From the NCBI GenBank assembly GCA_040954595.2, contig CM082592.2, positions 3,798,735-3,862,734 on the forward strand: a DNA stretch of 64,000 nt. The letters are read 5' to 3'. Position 1 is the stretch's first letter. Each line of letters starts with the position of its first letter. Shown one piece after another: positions 38,801 to 53,800 of this stretch. A model generated the notes under the pieces. That model saw only the letters and a program-made list of their open reading frames with translations, had not been told where the DNA came from and did not search any database. The position numbers and the translations under genes are program-made. Source of the DNA: Balanoglossus misakiensis. Taxonomy: Eukaryota > Animalia > Hemichordata.

Positions 38801-41800
38801 AATTTGGCTTCTTATTTTGGTCCTATGCTGCAGACTATTGCACCGACCAGAATTCTACAAAACTATGTGGCCATAGCTTAAGTATAGTGGAATAAGTATA
38901 GGTATAGATTTCATAAAAAAATTAATATAAAAAAATCGGTCGATTTTACGTATTATTTTTTCCAGTTGGAACTGATTGTCGGAAGGTAGGCTACCTGCAC
39001 ACAAAATTTGAAGCTGATCAGCCCAGCGGATGTTGAGATATTGGGCATAAATCTAAAATCCTAGGGGGCCATTGCTTAACCATGGAAAGAATAGGCCAAT
39101 GGCTGGGTCCAATGGTCATGGAAAATATGAAAAATAATGCTTTAAAAATCATCTCCTCAAAATCGGCAAGGACTTAGACATTGAAATTTGGCATATAGGA
39201 CCCTGGCCATATGGTCCACAAAGTTTCTGAACAGAATTTGGATTCTTCATTTTTTATGCAAATTAGACCAATTTAAAAGTTTAAATCCAAGATGGCTGCC
39301 AGGTCATGTGACCTGTTGCCATAGTGACATGATCAAAAAATTACTTGCTTTGAGTTTTACCTATGAGCCAAATTTCAAGTCATTGGGTGCAACGGTCTTC
39401 GAATAGCGGCTGTTTTTAAAAGTGGGAAGAAGAATAATAATAATAATAATAATAAAAAACAACACGATTTCAAGAGGGTTTCGAGACCCCTCTGGTCTCG
39501 AAACCCTAATAATAATAATTAAAGCTGCAAGCAGCGTTGGGGGGGCACAAGCGGTTCCCATGGTGACCAGCAAATTCCACGGCTGTATCTGCTGGGGATA
39601 CCGAGACATGGGAAAGTAGGTCAAAGGTCACCTGAGGTCACCCCAAATTTGGGCAAAAAAATTGGACCCCATACTAGTCTAGATCCAACAAAAAACCAGA
39701 CCCCTAGCCCTATTGGTTCGCCTGCAATTAGGTATGCACATAATTAATGAGGTCTTGTGTAAGACTCCATTATGTGCTCAATACCCATAACAGCCAGGGC
39801 TCTAACTGCTCTGGATGCTGAGATATGGGAAAGTAGATCAAAGGTCACCCAAGGTCACCCAAAATTAGGGCATAAAATTTTGACCCCAGACTGGGCCATG
39901 TCCAACCAATACCAGACCTCTAGCCCTATTGGGTAGCATGGAATTAGATATGCAGAAATAGGTCAAAGGTCATTGCCAAAATTACCAAAATATTTGTGTC
40001 ATGTCCTGGCAGCATTGGTACCCATGTCCACAAAATTCATGAATGTGGTGCTTTTACAAGAGGAGGTATGGGGAATATGCATATATAATTAGTTCTTTTA
40101 AAACTGGGTCAAAGGTCATGTGAAAATTGCCACGAAAAATTGTGACAACTTCCGGTCATATGATGACTCATATCCAAAAAAAAGAATTTCCGTGCTGTCA
40201 ACATTTTGGCTACAAAACAGAATTTTCATTTTTCAATGGTTTTCCGAAAATCCAACATGGCCGCCATAATGATCGACCAATCACAGTGCGCTTCGCAAAC
40301 TTGATAGACATAGGTTAGGTGACCACATATCCCAAATCCCGAGAATCGGTAACCGCTGGTTCTGGAGAAGAAGATTTTTAAAGTTTTAAGTATTTTTTAA
40401 GAAAAACAATTGTAGCAAAAAAACTTTATGTGTGACGTCATGATTTCAATGGGGTAAAATGATGGACAGAAGGTAGGCTACCTGCACACCAAATTTGAAC
40501 TCGATCGGCCTTGTAGTTTTTGAGAAGGACTCATTTAACGGTTTTCAGGAAATCCAATATGGCCGCCAGGTCACATGACTAATTAAATATTCACGGGCCA
40601 CTGCACGTCTACTCATTGGCCCCTATCACCCTACCAAGTTTCAGCCCCCTAGGTGCTGCGGTTTTCCAGATCTACCTGGCCGAATTTCTCGGAAGAAGAA
40701 GAATAATAATAATTAAAGCTGCAAGCAGCATTGTCCGGGCCCAAGCTCTATTATCTGATCTGATTATTAGATATGCACATAATTAATGAGTAGAAACATA
40801 ATGCTGTGTTTTATCCCATGAAATATCAAGGTTATATCTTTGTTTGGTGTTGATATAGTGTAAAGTAGGTCAAAGGTCACCCAGAGGTCACCCACAATTT
40901 GAGCAGAAAATTTTGACCCATAGTGGTCCATGTCCAACAAAAACCAGACCTCTAGCCCTTTTGGTTAGCCCGGAATTACGTATGCACATAAATAATGAGT
41001 AAAGCAGGTGTCACAGGTGACCCAAAACTTTTGCTTTTCATTATGGCCCAATACCTCCAAACGCCAAGGCTGTATCTGCTGTGGATGTCGAGATATGCAA
41101 AAGTAGGTCAAAGGTCATCTGAGGTCACCCAAAATTTGGGCAGAAAATTTTGACCAATAGTGGTCCATGTCCAACAAAAACCAGACCTCTAGCCCTTTTG
41201 GTTAGCCCGGAATTAGTTATGCACATAAATAATGCGTAAAGCAGGTGTCACAGGTGACCCAAAACTTTGGCTTTTCATTATGGCCCCATACCTCCAAATG
41301 CCAAGGCTGTACCTGCTTTGGATGCCGATATATGCAAAAGTAGGTCAAAGGTCATCTGAGGTCATCCAAAGTTTGGGCAGAATATTTTGACCCATAGTGG
41401 TCCATGTCCAACAAAAACCAGACATCTAGCCCTTTTGGTTAGCCCGGAATTTGGTATGCACATAAATAATGAGTAAAGCAGGTGTCACAGGTGACCCAAA
41501 ACTTTGGCTTTTCATTATGGCCCCATACCTCCAAACGCCAAGGCTGTATCTGGTGTGGATGTCGAGATATGCAAAAGTAGGTCAAAGGTCACCTGAGGTC
41601 ACCCAACATTTGGGCAGAAAATTTTGACCCATAGTGGTCCATGTCCAACAAAAACCAGACCTCTAGCCATTTTGGTTAGCCCGGAATTAGGTATGCACAT
41701 AAATAATGAGTAAAGCAGGTGTCACAGGTGACCCAAAACTTTGGCTTTTCATTATGGCCCCATACCTCCAAACGCCAAGGCTGTATCTGGTGTAGTCTCG

Positions 41801-44800
41801 GTTACCCAGACGCCTTTGCTTCTTCCGATGCTCTCCAGAAAAGGGTCTGGGGAAATGCTATTGAAAGCTTTGTAAAACAAAATGGCCGATGTCAGGATTT
41901 TGATCATCGCCTGATTGGCTGAGCTGTCTGTATGACCCGGGTCACTGCAATAGTTTTGACAATCGTCTACCAAAGATATTTCATATAACTTCTCCAACAA
42001 TGCTAACAGAGGACGCCTTTTGCCTTTCGCATGAACCAACAAGTACCGGTCTCTTGATATGAAGATACGACAAATAATCACACATTGTCGAGAGTCAGTG
42101 ACCCGGGTCATACTGACAGCTCAGCCAATCAGGCGATGATCAAAATCCTGACATCGGCCATTTTGTTTTACAAAGCTTTCAATAGCATTTCCCCAGACCC
42201 TTTTCTGGAGAGCATCGGAAGAAGCAAAGGCGTCTGGGTAACCGAGACTATATCTGGTGTGGATGTCGAGATATGCAAAAGTAGGTCAAAGGTCACCCGA
42301 GGTCACCCAACATTTGGGCAAAATATTTTGACCCCATACTGGTCCATGTATAACAAAAACAAAACCTCTAGGTCTATTGGTTCATCTGTAATTAGGTATA
42401 TGCATATTTAATGAGGTCAGTAGAGGTCAAAGGGGTCATGAAAAGTAGCAAAATTTTTTGATCACATACAAATCCACATACATCAAAAACCAAACTTATA
42501 GCCCTATTGGTTAGCCTGGAATTAGATATGCAGAAAAATGATGCGTCAAAAGTAGGTCAAAGGTCATTGCCAAAATTACCAAAATATTTATAGGTTATTC
42601 TTGTCATATGATGATTCATATCCATAAAAAGAATTTCTGTGCTATCAATTTTTAGGCTAGAAAAGGAATTTTTACTTTTTAATCGTTTTTCACAAAATCC
42701 AATATGGCCGCCATAATCTTCGACCAATCACATTCCCCTTCGCAAACTTGATAGACATCTGTTTAATGACCACACACACCAAATCTTGTGACTCGGTTAT
42801 CGCCCGTTCTGGAGAAGAAGATTTTTGAAGTTTTACTATGGTTTTTCGAAAATCCAATATGGCCGCCATAATCTTCGACCAATCACAATGATCTTCGCAA
42901 ACTTGATAGACATCAGTTAGGTGACCACATACCCCAAACGGCGTGACTCGGTTATCGCCGGTTCTGGAGAAGAAGATTTTTGAAATTTTGACCAGATTTC
43001 AGAAAAACAACTGTAGCAAAAAAACTGCAACATTGACAGCAAAATATCAAATTACAAAAATGATGGGCAGAGGGTATACTACCAGCACGCCAAATCTGAA
43101 CTCGATCTGACTTGTAGTTTCTGAGATCTGAGATTTGCATTTTTTCAGAAAATCCAATATGGCCGCCATGTCACGTGACTAATTAAGTATTCACAAGTCA
43201 CTGCACATCTACTCATTGACCTTGACCACTGTAGCAAGTTTGAGAACTGTACCTGCAGCGGTGTCTGAGATCTAGAGCGCGAAAGAAGTGAACCAAGAAT
43301 AAAGAAAGAAAGAAAGAAAGAAAGAAAGAAAAACCCCAACGAAACCAATACGGGCCCAAGCCTGGCTTGGCTTGGGCCCGTAATAATAATAATAATAAAG
43401 AAAAATTCCAACAATAACAATGGGGGCACAAGCCGCCTGAGGGCGCTTGTGCCCCCAATAATTAAAGCTGCAAGCAGCATTGTCCGGGCCCAAGCTCTAT
43501 TATCTGATCTGATTATTAGATATGCACATAATTAATGAGTAGAAACATAATGTTGTGTTTTATCCCATGAAATATCAAGATTATATCTATGTTTAGTGCT
43601 GATATAGTGTTAAGTAGGTCAAAGGTCACCCAGAGGTCACCCACAATTTGGGCAGAAAATTTTGACCCATAGTGGTCCATGTCCAACAAAAACCAGACCT
43701 CTAGCCCCTTTGGTTAGCCCGGAATTAGGTATGCACATAAATAATGAGTTAAGCAGGTGTCACAGGTGACCCAAAACTTTAGCTTTTCATTATGGCCCCA
43801 TACCTCCAAACGCCAAGGCTGTATCTGCTATGGATGCTGAGATTTGCGAAAGTAGGTCAAAGGTCACCAGAGGTCACCCAACATTTGGGTAAAAACATTT
43901 GACCCCATACTGGTCCTGTCCAACAAAAACAAAACCTCTAGGTCTATTGGTTCGCCTGTAATTAGCTATGCACATAATTAATGAGGTCACCAGAGGTCAA
44001 AGGGGTCGTGAAAAGTAGCAAAATATTTTGATCACATACAAATCCACATACATCAAAAACCAAACTTATAGCCCTATTGGTTAGCCTGGAATTAGATATG
44101 CAGAAAAATGATGCGTCAAAAGTAGGTCAAAGGTCATTGCCAAAATTACCAAAATATTTATAGGTTATTCTTGTCATATGATGATTCATATCCATAAAAA
44201 GAATTTCTGTGCTATCAATTTTTAGGCTAGAAAAGGAATTTTTACTTTTTAATCGTTTTTCACAAAATCCAATATGGCCGCCATAATCTTCGACCAATCA
44301 CAATGATCTTCGCAAACTTGATAGACATCTGTTTAATGACCACACACACCAAATCTTGTGACTCGGTTATCGCCGGTTCTTGAGAAGAAGATTTTTGAAA
44401 TTTTACTAGGGTTTTTCGAAAATCCAATATGGCCGCCATAATCTTCGACCAATCACAATGATCTTCGCAAACTTGATAGACCTCAGTTTGGTGACCACAT
44501 ACCCCAAACCGCGTGACTCGGTTATCGCCGGTTCTGGAGAAGAAGATTTTTGAAATTTTGACCAGATTTCAGAAAAACAACTGTAGCAAAAAAACTGCAA
44601 CATTGACAGCAAAATATCCAATTACAAAAATGATGGGTAGAAGGTAGACTACCTGCACACCAAGTTTGAAGTCGATCTGACTTGTAGTTTCTGAGATCTG
44701 AGATTTGCATTTTTTCAGAAAATCTAATATGGCCGCCAGGTCACGTGACTAATTAAAAATTCAAGGGTTCAATGCACATCTACTCATTGACCTTGACCAC

Positions 44801-47800
44801 TGTAGCAAGTTTGAGAAGTGTACCTGCAGTGGTGTCTGAGATCTAGAGCGACAAAGAATTGACACAAGAATAAAGAAAGAAGAAGAAAGAAGAAAGAAGG
44901 AAAGACAGAAAAACCCCAACGAAACCAATAGGGCCCAAGCGCTGGTATGCGCTTGGGCCCTAATTAAAGCTGCAAGCAGCATTGTCCGGGCCCAAGCTCT
45001 ATTATCTGATCTGATTATTAGATATGCACATAATTAATGAGTAGAAACATAATGCTGTGTTTTATCCAATGAAATATCAAGGTTATATCTATGTTTGGTG
45101 CTTATATAGTGTTAAGTAGGTCAAAGGTCACCCAGGGGTCACCCACAATTTGGGCAGAATATTTTGACCCATAGTGGTCCATGTCCAACAAAAACCAGAC
45201 CTCTAGCCCTTTTGGTTAGCCCGGAATGAGGTATGCACATAAATAATGAGTTAAGCAGGTGTCACAGGTGACCCAAAACTTTGGCTTTTCATTATGGCCC
45301 CATACCTCCAAACGCCAAGGCTGTATCTGCTGTGGATGTTGAGATATGCAAAAGTAGGTCAAAGGTCACTCGAGGTCACCCAACATTTGGGCAAAATTGT
45401 TTGACCCCATACTGCTCCATGTATAACGAAAACAAAACCTCTAGGTCTATTGGTTCATCTGTAATTAGGTATGTGCATATTTAATGAGGTCAGCAGAGGT
45501 CAAAGGCGTCATGAAAAGTAGCAACATTTTTTGATCACATACAAATCCACATACATCAAAAACCAAACTTATAGCCCTATTGGTTAGCCTGGAATTAGAT
45601 ATGCAGAAAAATGATGCGTCAAAAGTAGGTCAAAGGTCATTGCCAAAATTACCAAAATATTTATAGCTTATTCATGTCATATGATGATTCATATCCATAA
45701 AAAGAATTTCTGTGCTATCAATTTTTAGGCTAGAAAGGGAATTTTTACTTTTTAATCGTTTTTCACAAAATCCAATATGGCCGCCATAATCTTCGACCAA
45801 TCACATTCACCTTCGCAAACTTGATACACATCTGTTTAATGACCATACACACCAAATCTTGTGACTCAGTTATCTCCGGTCCTTGAGAAGAAGATTTTTG
45901 AAATTTTACTAGGGTTTTTCGAAAATCCAATATGGCCGCCATAATCTTCGACCAATCACAATGATCTTCGCAAACTTGATAGACCTCAGTTTGGTGACCA
46001 CATACCCCAAACCGCGTGACTCGGTTATCGCTAGTTCTAGAGAAGAAGATTTTTGAAATTTTGACCAGATTTCAGAAAAACAACTGTAGCAAAAAAACTG
46101 CAACATTGACAGCAAAATATCCAATTACAAAAATGATTGACAGAAGGTAGTCTACCTGCACTCCAAATTTGAAGTCGATCTGACTTGTAGTTTCTGAGAT
46201 CTGAGATTTGCATTTTTTCAGAAAATCCAAGATGGCCGCCAGGTCATGTGACTAATTAAAAATTCATGGGTTCAATGCACGACTACTCATTGACCTTGAC
46301 CACTGTAGCAAGTTTGAGAACTGTACCTGCAGTGGTGTCTGAGATCTAGAGCGACAAAGAAGTGAACCAAGAATAAAGAAAGAATTAAAGCTGCAAGCAG
46401 CATTGTCCGGGCCCAAGCTCTATTATCTGATCTGATTATTAACTATGCACATAATTAATGAGTAGAAACATAATGGTGTGTTTTATCCCATGAAATATCA
46501 AGTTTATATCTATGTTTGGTGTTGATATAGTGTTAAGTAGGTCAAATGTCACCAAGAGGTAACCCACAATTTGGGCAGAAAATTTTGACCCATAGTGGTC
46601 CATGTCAAACGAAAACCAGATCTCTAGCCCTTTTGGTTAGCCCGGAATTAGGTATGCACATAAATAATGAGTTAAGCAGGTGTCACAGGTGACCAAAAAC
46701 TTTGGCTTTTCATTATGGCCCCATACCTCCAAACGCCAAGGCTGTATGTGCTGTGGATGTCAAGATATGCAAAAGTAGGTCAAAGGTCACCCGAGGTCAC
46801 CCAACATTTGGGCAAAATATTTTGACCCCATATTGGTCCATGTATAACAAAAACAAAATCTCTATGTCTATTGGTTCATCTGTAATTAGGTATGTGCATA
46901 TTTAATGAGGTCAGCAGAGGTCAAAGGGGTCATGAAAAGTATCAAATTTTTTTGATCACATACAAATCCACATACATCAAAAACCAAACTTATAGCCCTA
47001 TTAGTCAGGTGGAGATTTGAGAAATTGTGACCCCCTCTGGCATTTTTTGGTACAAGCAAACCAAATATGTTTTTTGGTCAGTTCGACTACGCTGATTTCG
47101 AAAATGCCTGTTCCCAAAAGATCTTTTTGAGATAAGAGCCTCGTTTTGGCAAATCAAATATGGCCGCCAAGGATCGCAATTCTCACATGAATAGCATCAA
47201 AGAAATGTTCACGTACCTCCTTAAACAATGAAAATAAAATACATGTTTACAACAACAACGTTTTTGGTTGTATAAACACAAACTAGCAACAATAAAACAA
47301 TAATTATGCAAAAATTTGCATATTGTATGAATAATTCGTTGATTTTTGGCTAACAAATAATAATAAAGCTAGGTGTAACAGTACATGTACTAAAAACTCA
47401 CAATCATTGGAAAAAAATTACCTTTTCTTTATTTTAATAAAGGACTTAAACCTTGTTCAAAACAACACTTCAAGTGTGAAGTTCATTTTGAGATAAGAGC
47501 CTCGATGTGGCAATTCAATATGGCCGTCTAAAGCCCTGTAGTGGAGCAGCCAAACCCTAATTTTCATAGCGATTGTGCATTTTGTGATAAAAGCACCAAA
47601 CTTGGCTCAGATGTGTGTTAATGTGTACTAAAAAAATTCAAATAGGGAGCCACTAAATATCTGTTGATGAGTTTCCATGGCAACCAATTTTTCAAAATGG
47701 CCACCAATACAGATAATTTCACCCACCAAATAACATCTGTAAACACCAAAATAAATTTAGATTACTATATTTGATACAAGGAACTGTGGAAAGAATAATT

Positions 47801-50800
47801 TGCAAAGATATTATGGTTACTAAACTACTTATAGGGGTAAGTAAGTTATCAAAACACAATTTAAAGGCACAACTTTTAATCCCTTTCGGAGTAATAGGTG
47901 CTCCTCGAAGTCAAACCATACTGTCTATGGTCAAACATTAGGCTAATTGCGATATTTAACTTGCAGTACGTAAATTACACATATGAATCACAACAGTTTA
48001 CCACCTTAGCTAATGATAATCATATAAACAGATCACCGATATATTCGAATTGCACACGGATGTGGGTTTGGCTTACTCGTGACTGGTAAAATTTCCTTAT
48101 CAACTTGAAAGGAGAGTCCACTGCCCGAAATAGACGTTGATCCAAACTGAGTCCGCGGTCGTCACGTTTATTGGTCGACAGACATAGGGCCTCAAACGCA
48201 ATGCAATCTAAATGGACCCCGGGTAACGAACCACGCGGCTTTGTTTCGACCACAATCGCCACCGCAGCGTTGACAACGTTTTTTCGGGGCGTTGATGTTT
48301 TTCAAAATGCCATAGGAAATTAAAGAAACTTAAGTCAAATTGCTGAAACGTTAATAATCGACCATATGTCTTGATACTTAAGATCATGTATCAGTTCCAC
48401 TCCAGCAATTTTGGCGACTGTTAACAGAGTTGACCAAAAGATAAATGGTGTCTATGATTCCAAACTCATAAAAATTACACCGGAGGACACAACATTATTT
48501 TTTTGTCAGAAAATAGTGTCCATCATGCCATAAATATTGTCAAAAACGTGTGTTAATTATAGAAACCCAACTAAATATACAAGCAGTTGGCCTTTAGTTT
48601 GGTAAATGGAAAAACAGGTCTTATTGCAATTTTCTGGGATTAGGTGCCCCAAGGCTCCCAACAAGTCACTTGGAATGTACTTCCATTCTAATATCTCAAT
48701 GTGTAAAGATCTGACTTTGCAAGAGATATTACGGAAAACTTCATTTCATTTAATAGCATGAAGTAAGCGAAATCTTACTCTTTACAGAAAAGCTGTGATC
48801 CTGAAGACCTTTGGTGTTTTGAAGCTTATTTTCACTTTATCATTTTATTCTTTGATTTTGGGGGTTCAAAAATACACAAAATAACATGTCAAAATAGAAC
48901 TGCTGACTATCATCAAGGTGCGATTAAAATTATCGATAACATGAGCAATACAAAGCACTTCAAGCGACTTCATCAAAACGCTTTCCGAAGGACAAGTATT
49001 GGATGAAAAGTTTGAAACAGATTTTGATTTTGATTCCTAACATCTATCTATGTACATGCACCCTAGACATAGTTTGTTTCTATAGTAACTTTAACAAACC
49101 AATCGACTGTCATGATACTTGCTTTCTGCCATCATTTTATGGGGAAGTGATTCTTTATTTGCATGAATCATTTGATGAAGATAAAATAGAAAAGCTGGAT
49201 TCTGCACTGATTGAAACTGGTCAGATCAATTTATAAGGTTGAGAAACAAGATGCCGTTTTTTCCTGGGTTGACTAAATTTGGAATTTTGTTCATCAAAGA
49301 TATTTTTATGGGGAAAATAACGAATCAACTGAGCTTTACTTGTTAAACTTTTATCACAAAATGCCCAAATGTTACGAAAATTGTGTTTATGCCAGGCCAC
49401 TATTATAATATATATATGGTTATACAGTGTTTTAACTAAGTTTGTTGTAACCGGGGTTATTACCAAACTTGAATTTCTTTAGCGACTGAATCTCGATCCT
49501 GTATTTACCCCTATAACTAGTTTAGTGATGATATATATTTTGAAAATTACTCTTTGAGCAGTTTCTTGTTTCAAATATTGTAATATGAATTTATTGTGGT
49601 GTTTTATAATTGTTATTTTGTGGGTGAGATTATCTGTATTGGCGGCCATTTTGAAAAAAATGAAAAAATGGTTGCCATGGAAACTCATCAACAGATATTG
49701 TGGCTCGCTATCTGAATTTGTTTAGTACACATTAACGCACATCTGAGCCAAGTACGACACCCAAGTGGATTAAACATACATGTATATATGTTGCCTCACT
49801 GACACAATGTTCACTTTGCACACAGTATCATATATAAAAACGTAATAAAAATACACATTACTCTTTACTTATGAAGAGAAATTGTTGTTAGAGACCGGGT
49901 TTCAAAAAAACACCGAGGACGTCGGGCCATCAGTGTGCATTCAACGTCTTATAACTAAGCATGAATATACGGTGCTGGCATAATGTGAGTGTGGCCATAC
50001 GATGCTTTCGCTATTAATGAACAACTTGTACGTTAACAAATGCCAGTTTTGTTGGCAAAAATTATGTTTTTGGCTTTTCACAACATTGAACATACATTCA
50101 TAGTTCAATAACTTGTGAATTGTGGACCTAAACGTTCATACGTTCAATGTTCTGGTGTTTTTTAACGGAGCGATCGGTCACGATGTTACCAACGAGCATG
50201 TACAGTCTAAACTAAATCCTCGTTGTGTATGTTTATTTGTTTGTTTTTGTTGTTTTTTACATGCTATTACATGTACATACAAATATGAAAAGTTTCATTT
50301 CAGTTATTCATTAAAATGCAAACATTTGCCAAAAAACATGTGAATAGACACCTCACAGGCCAGAGTTGTATCATTAGCTTTCAGTTGTCAATTTTAGCAT
50401 GACATCATGACTAATTAAGCTAATTTTGCATATTTTCCATGCTGCACCTTGTCTGACAAGGTAAACGATTGCATATTTGAATTCCTTGACCCTGAAAACA
50501 TTGGAATAGACACCTCACTTAACACCGTTGGCTCTCTTTTGTAGACCATTGATTTTAGATGGGCGTGTTACCTAATTAACATAAATTAGCATTTTTACCA
50601 ATTCACCAAATGTTTCTAAATTAAAAAAATTGTGTAAAAATATTTAAATGATATAAGAATATGATTTCAATAGACTATTATGGTGTTGACCTGTGATATT
50701 GCACCATAATGGCTACAAACAGCGTTTTCTTTTAGGTATTTCTAAATTATGACGTCACAAATTAATTTGCCATTTTCGACATGAAAACGTGAAAAGAATT

Positions 50801-53800
50801 TTTGGGAACAGGCAAATTCGAAATCAGCGTATTCGAAATATCCCAAAACAACTTGTTCCCAGCTTGTACCAAAAAAATGAATGACATGCTTTTAAAATGC
50901 TCATTTTCTGAAATTTCCACCTGGACCTAATTAACATAAATTAGCATTTTCCCAATTCACAAAATGTTTCTAAATTAAAAAAATTGTTTAAAAATATTTA
51001 AATGATATAAGAATATGATTTCAATAGACTATTATGGTGTTGACCTGTGATATTGCACCATAATGGCTACAAACAGCGTTTTCTTTTAGGTATTTCTAAA
51101 TTATGACGTCACAAATTAATTTGCCATTTTCGACATGAAAACGTGAAAAGAATTTTTGGGAACAGGCAAATTCGAAATCAGCGTATTCGAAATATCCAAA
51201 AACACCTTGTTCCCAGCTTGTACCAAAAAAATGAATGACATGCTTTTAAAATGCTCATTTTCTGAAATTTCCACCTGGACCTAATTAACATAAATTAGCA
51301 TTTTACCAATTCACAAAATGTTTCTAAATTAAAAAAATTGTTTAAAAATATTTAAATGAATATAAGAATATGATTTCAATAGACTATTATGGTGTTGACC
51401 TGTGATATTGCACCATAATGGCTACAAACAGCGTTTTCTTTTAGGTATTTTGAAATTATGACGTCACAAATTAATTTGCCATTTTCGACATGAAAACGTG
51501 AAAAGAATTTTTGGGAACAGGCAAATTCGAAATCAGCGTATTCGAAATATCCAAAAACAACTTGTTCCCAGCTTGTACAAAAAAAACGAATGACATGCTT
51601 TTAAAATGCTCATTTTCTGAAATTTCCACCTGGACCTAATTAACATAAATTAGCATTTTACCAATTCACAAAATGTTTCTAAATTAAAAAAATTGTTTAA
51701 AAATATTTAAATGAATATAAGAATATGATTTCAATAGACTATTATGGTGTTGACCTGTGATATTGCACCATAATGGCTACAAACAGCGTTTTCTTTTAGG
51801 TATTTTGAAATTATGACGTCACAAATTAATTTGCCATTTTCGACATGAAAACGTGAAAAGAATTTTTGGGAACAGGCAAATTCGAAATCAGCGTATTCGA
51901 AATATCCAAAAACAACTTGTTCCCAGCTTGTACCAAAAAATGCCTGACATGCTTTTAAAATGCTCATTTTCTGAAATTTCCACCTGACTATATTGGTTAG
52001 CCTGGAATTAGATATGCAGAAAAATGATGCGTCAAAAGTAGGTCAAAGGTCATTGTCAAAATTACCAAAATATTTACAGCTTATTCTTGTCATATGATGA
52101 TTCATATCCTTAAAAAGAATTTCTGTGCTATCAATTTTTAGGCAAGAAAGGGAATTTTTACTTTTTAATCGTTTTTCACAACATCCAATATGGCCGCCAT
52201 AATCTTCGACCAATCACATTCCTCTTAGCAAACTTGATACACATCTGTTTAATGACCACACACACCAAATCTTGTGACTCGGTTATTGCCGGTTCTTGAG
52301 AAGAAGATTTTTGAAATTTTACTAGGGTTTTTCGAAAATCCAATATGGCCGCCAAAATCTTCGACCAATCACAATGATCTTCGCAAACTTGATAGACATC
52401 AGGTAGGTGACCACATACACCAAACCCTGTGTCTCGGTTATTGCCGGTTCTGGAGAAGAAGATTTTTGAAATTTAAGCCAGATTTCAGAAAAAAAATTGT
52501 AGCAAAAAACTGCAACTTTGTCAGCATAATTTCCAATTACAAAAATGATGGGCAGAAGGTAGTCTACCAGCATGCCAAATTTGAAGTCGATCTGACTTGT
52601 AGTTTCTGAGATCTGAGATTTGCATTTTTTTAGAAAATCCAAGATGGCTGCCAGGTCACGTGACTAATTAAAAATTCAAGGGTTCAATGCACGACTACTC
52701 ATTGACCTTGACCACTGTAGCAAGTTTCAGAAGTGTACCTGCAGCGGTGTCTGAGATCTCGTGGGTCAAAGAATTGACACAAGAATAAAGAAAGAAAGAA
52801 AGAAAGAAAGTAAAATTCCAACGAAACCAATACGGGCCCAAGCCTGGCTTGGCTTGGGCCCGTAATTAAAGCTGCAAGCAGCATTGTCCGGGCCCAAGCT
52901 CTATTAACTGATCTGATTATTAGATATGCACATAATTAATGAGTAGAAACATAATGCTGTGTTTTATCCCATGAAATATCAAGATTATATCTATGTTTAG
53001 TGCTGATATAGTGTTAAGTAGGTCAAAGGTCACCCAGAGGTCACCCACAATTTGGGCAGAAAATTTTGACCCATAGTGGTCCATGTCCAACAAAAACCAG
53101 ACCTCTAGCCCTTTTGGTTAGCCCGGAATTAGGTATGCACATAAATAATGAGTTAAGCAGGTGTCACAGGTGACCAAAAACTTTGGCTTTTCATTATGGC
53201 CCCATACCTCCAAACGCCAAGGCTGTATCTGCTGTGGATGCTGAGATTTGCGAAAGTAGGTCAAAGGACACCAGAGGTCACCCAACATTTGGGTAAAAAA
53301 TTTTGACCCCATACTTGTCCTGTCCAACAAAAACAAAACCTCTAGGTCTATTGGTTCGCCTGTAATTAGCTATGCACATAATTAATGAGGTCAGCAGGGG
53401 TCAAAGGGGTCGTGAAAAGTAGCAAAATATTTTGATCACACACTAATCCACATACATCAAAAACCAAACTTATAGCTCTATTGGTTAGCCTGGAATTAGA
53501 TATGCAGAAAAATGATGCGTCAAAAGTAGGTCAAAGGTCATTGCCAAAATTACCAAAATATTTATAGCACATTGTAGTCATATGATGATTCATATCCATA
53601 AAAAGAATTTCTGTGCTATCAATTTTTAGGCTAGAATAGGAATTTTTACTTTTTAATCGTTTTTCACAAAATCCAATATGGCCGCCATAATCTTCGACCA
53701 ATCACAATGCTCTTTGCAAACTTGATAGACATCTGTTTAATGACCACACACACCAAATCTTGTGACTCGGTTATCACCGGTTCTTGAGAAGAAGATTTTT

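Noticed and set aside
41752-42411. Identical peptide (SDPGHTDSSANQAMIKIL...) on both strands
   Set aside because: This is an artefact of the 155-bp terminal inverted repeats of the foldback element.
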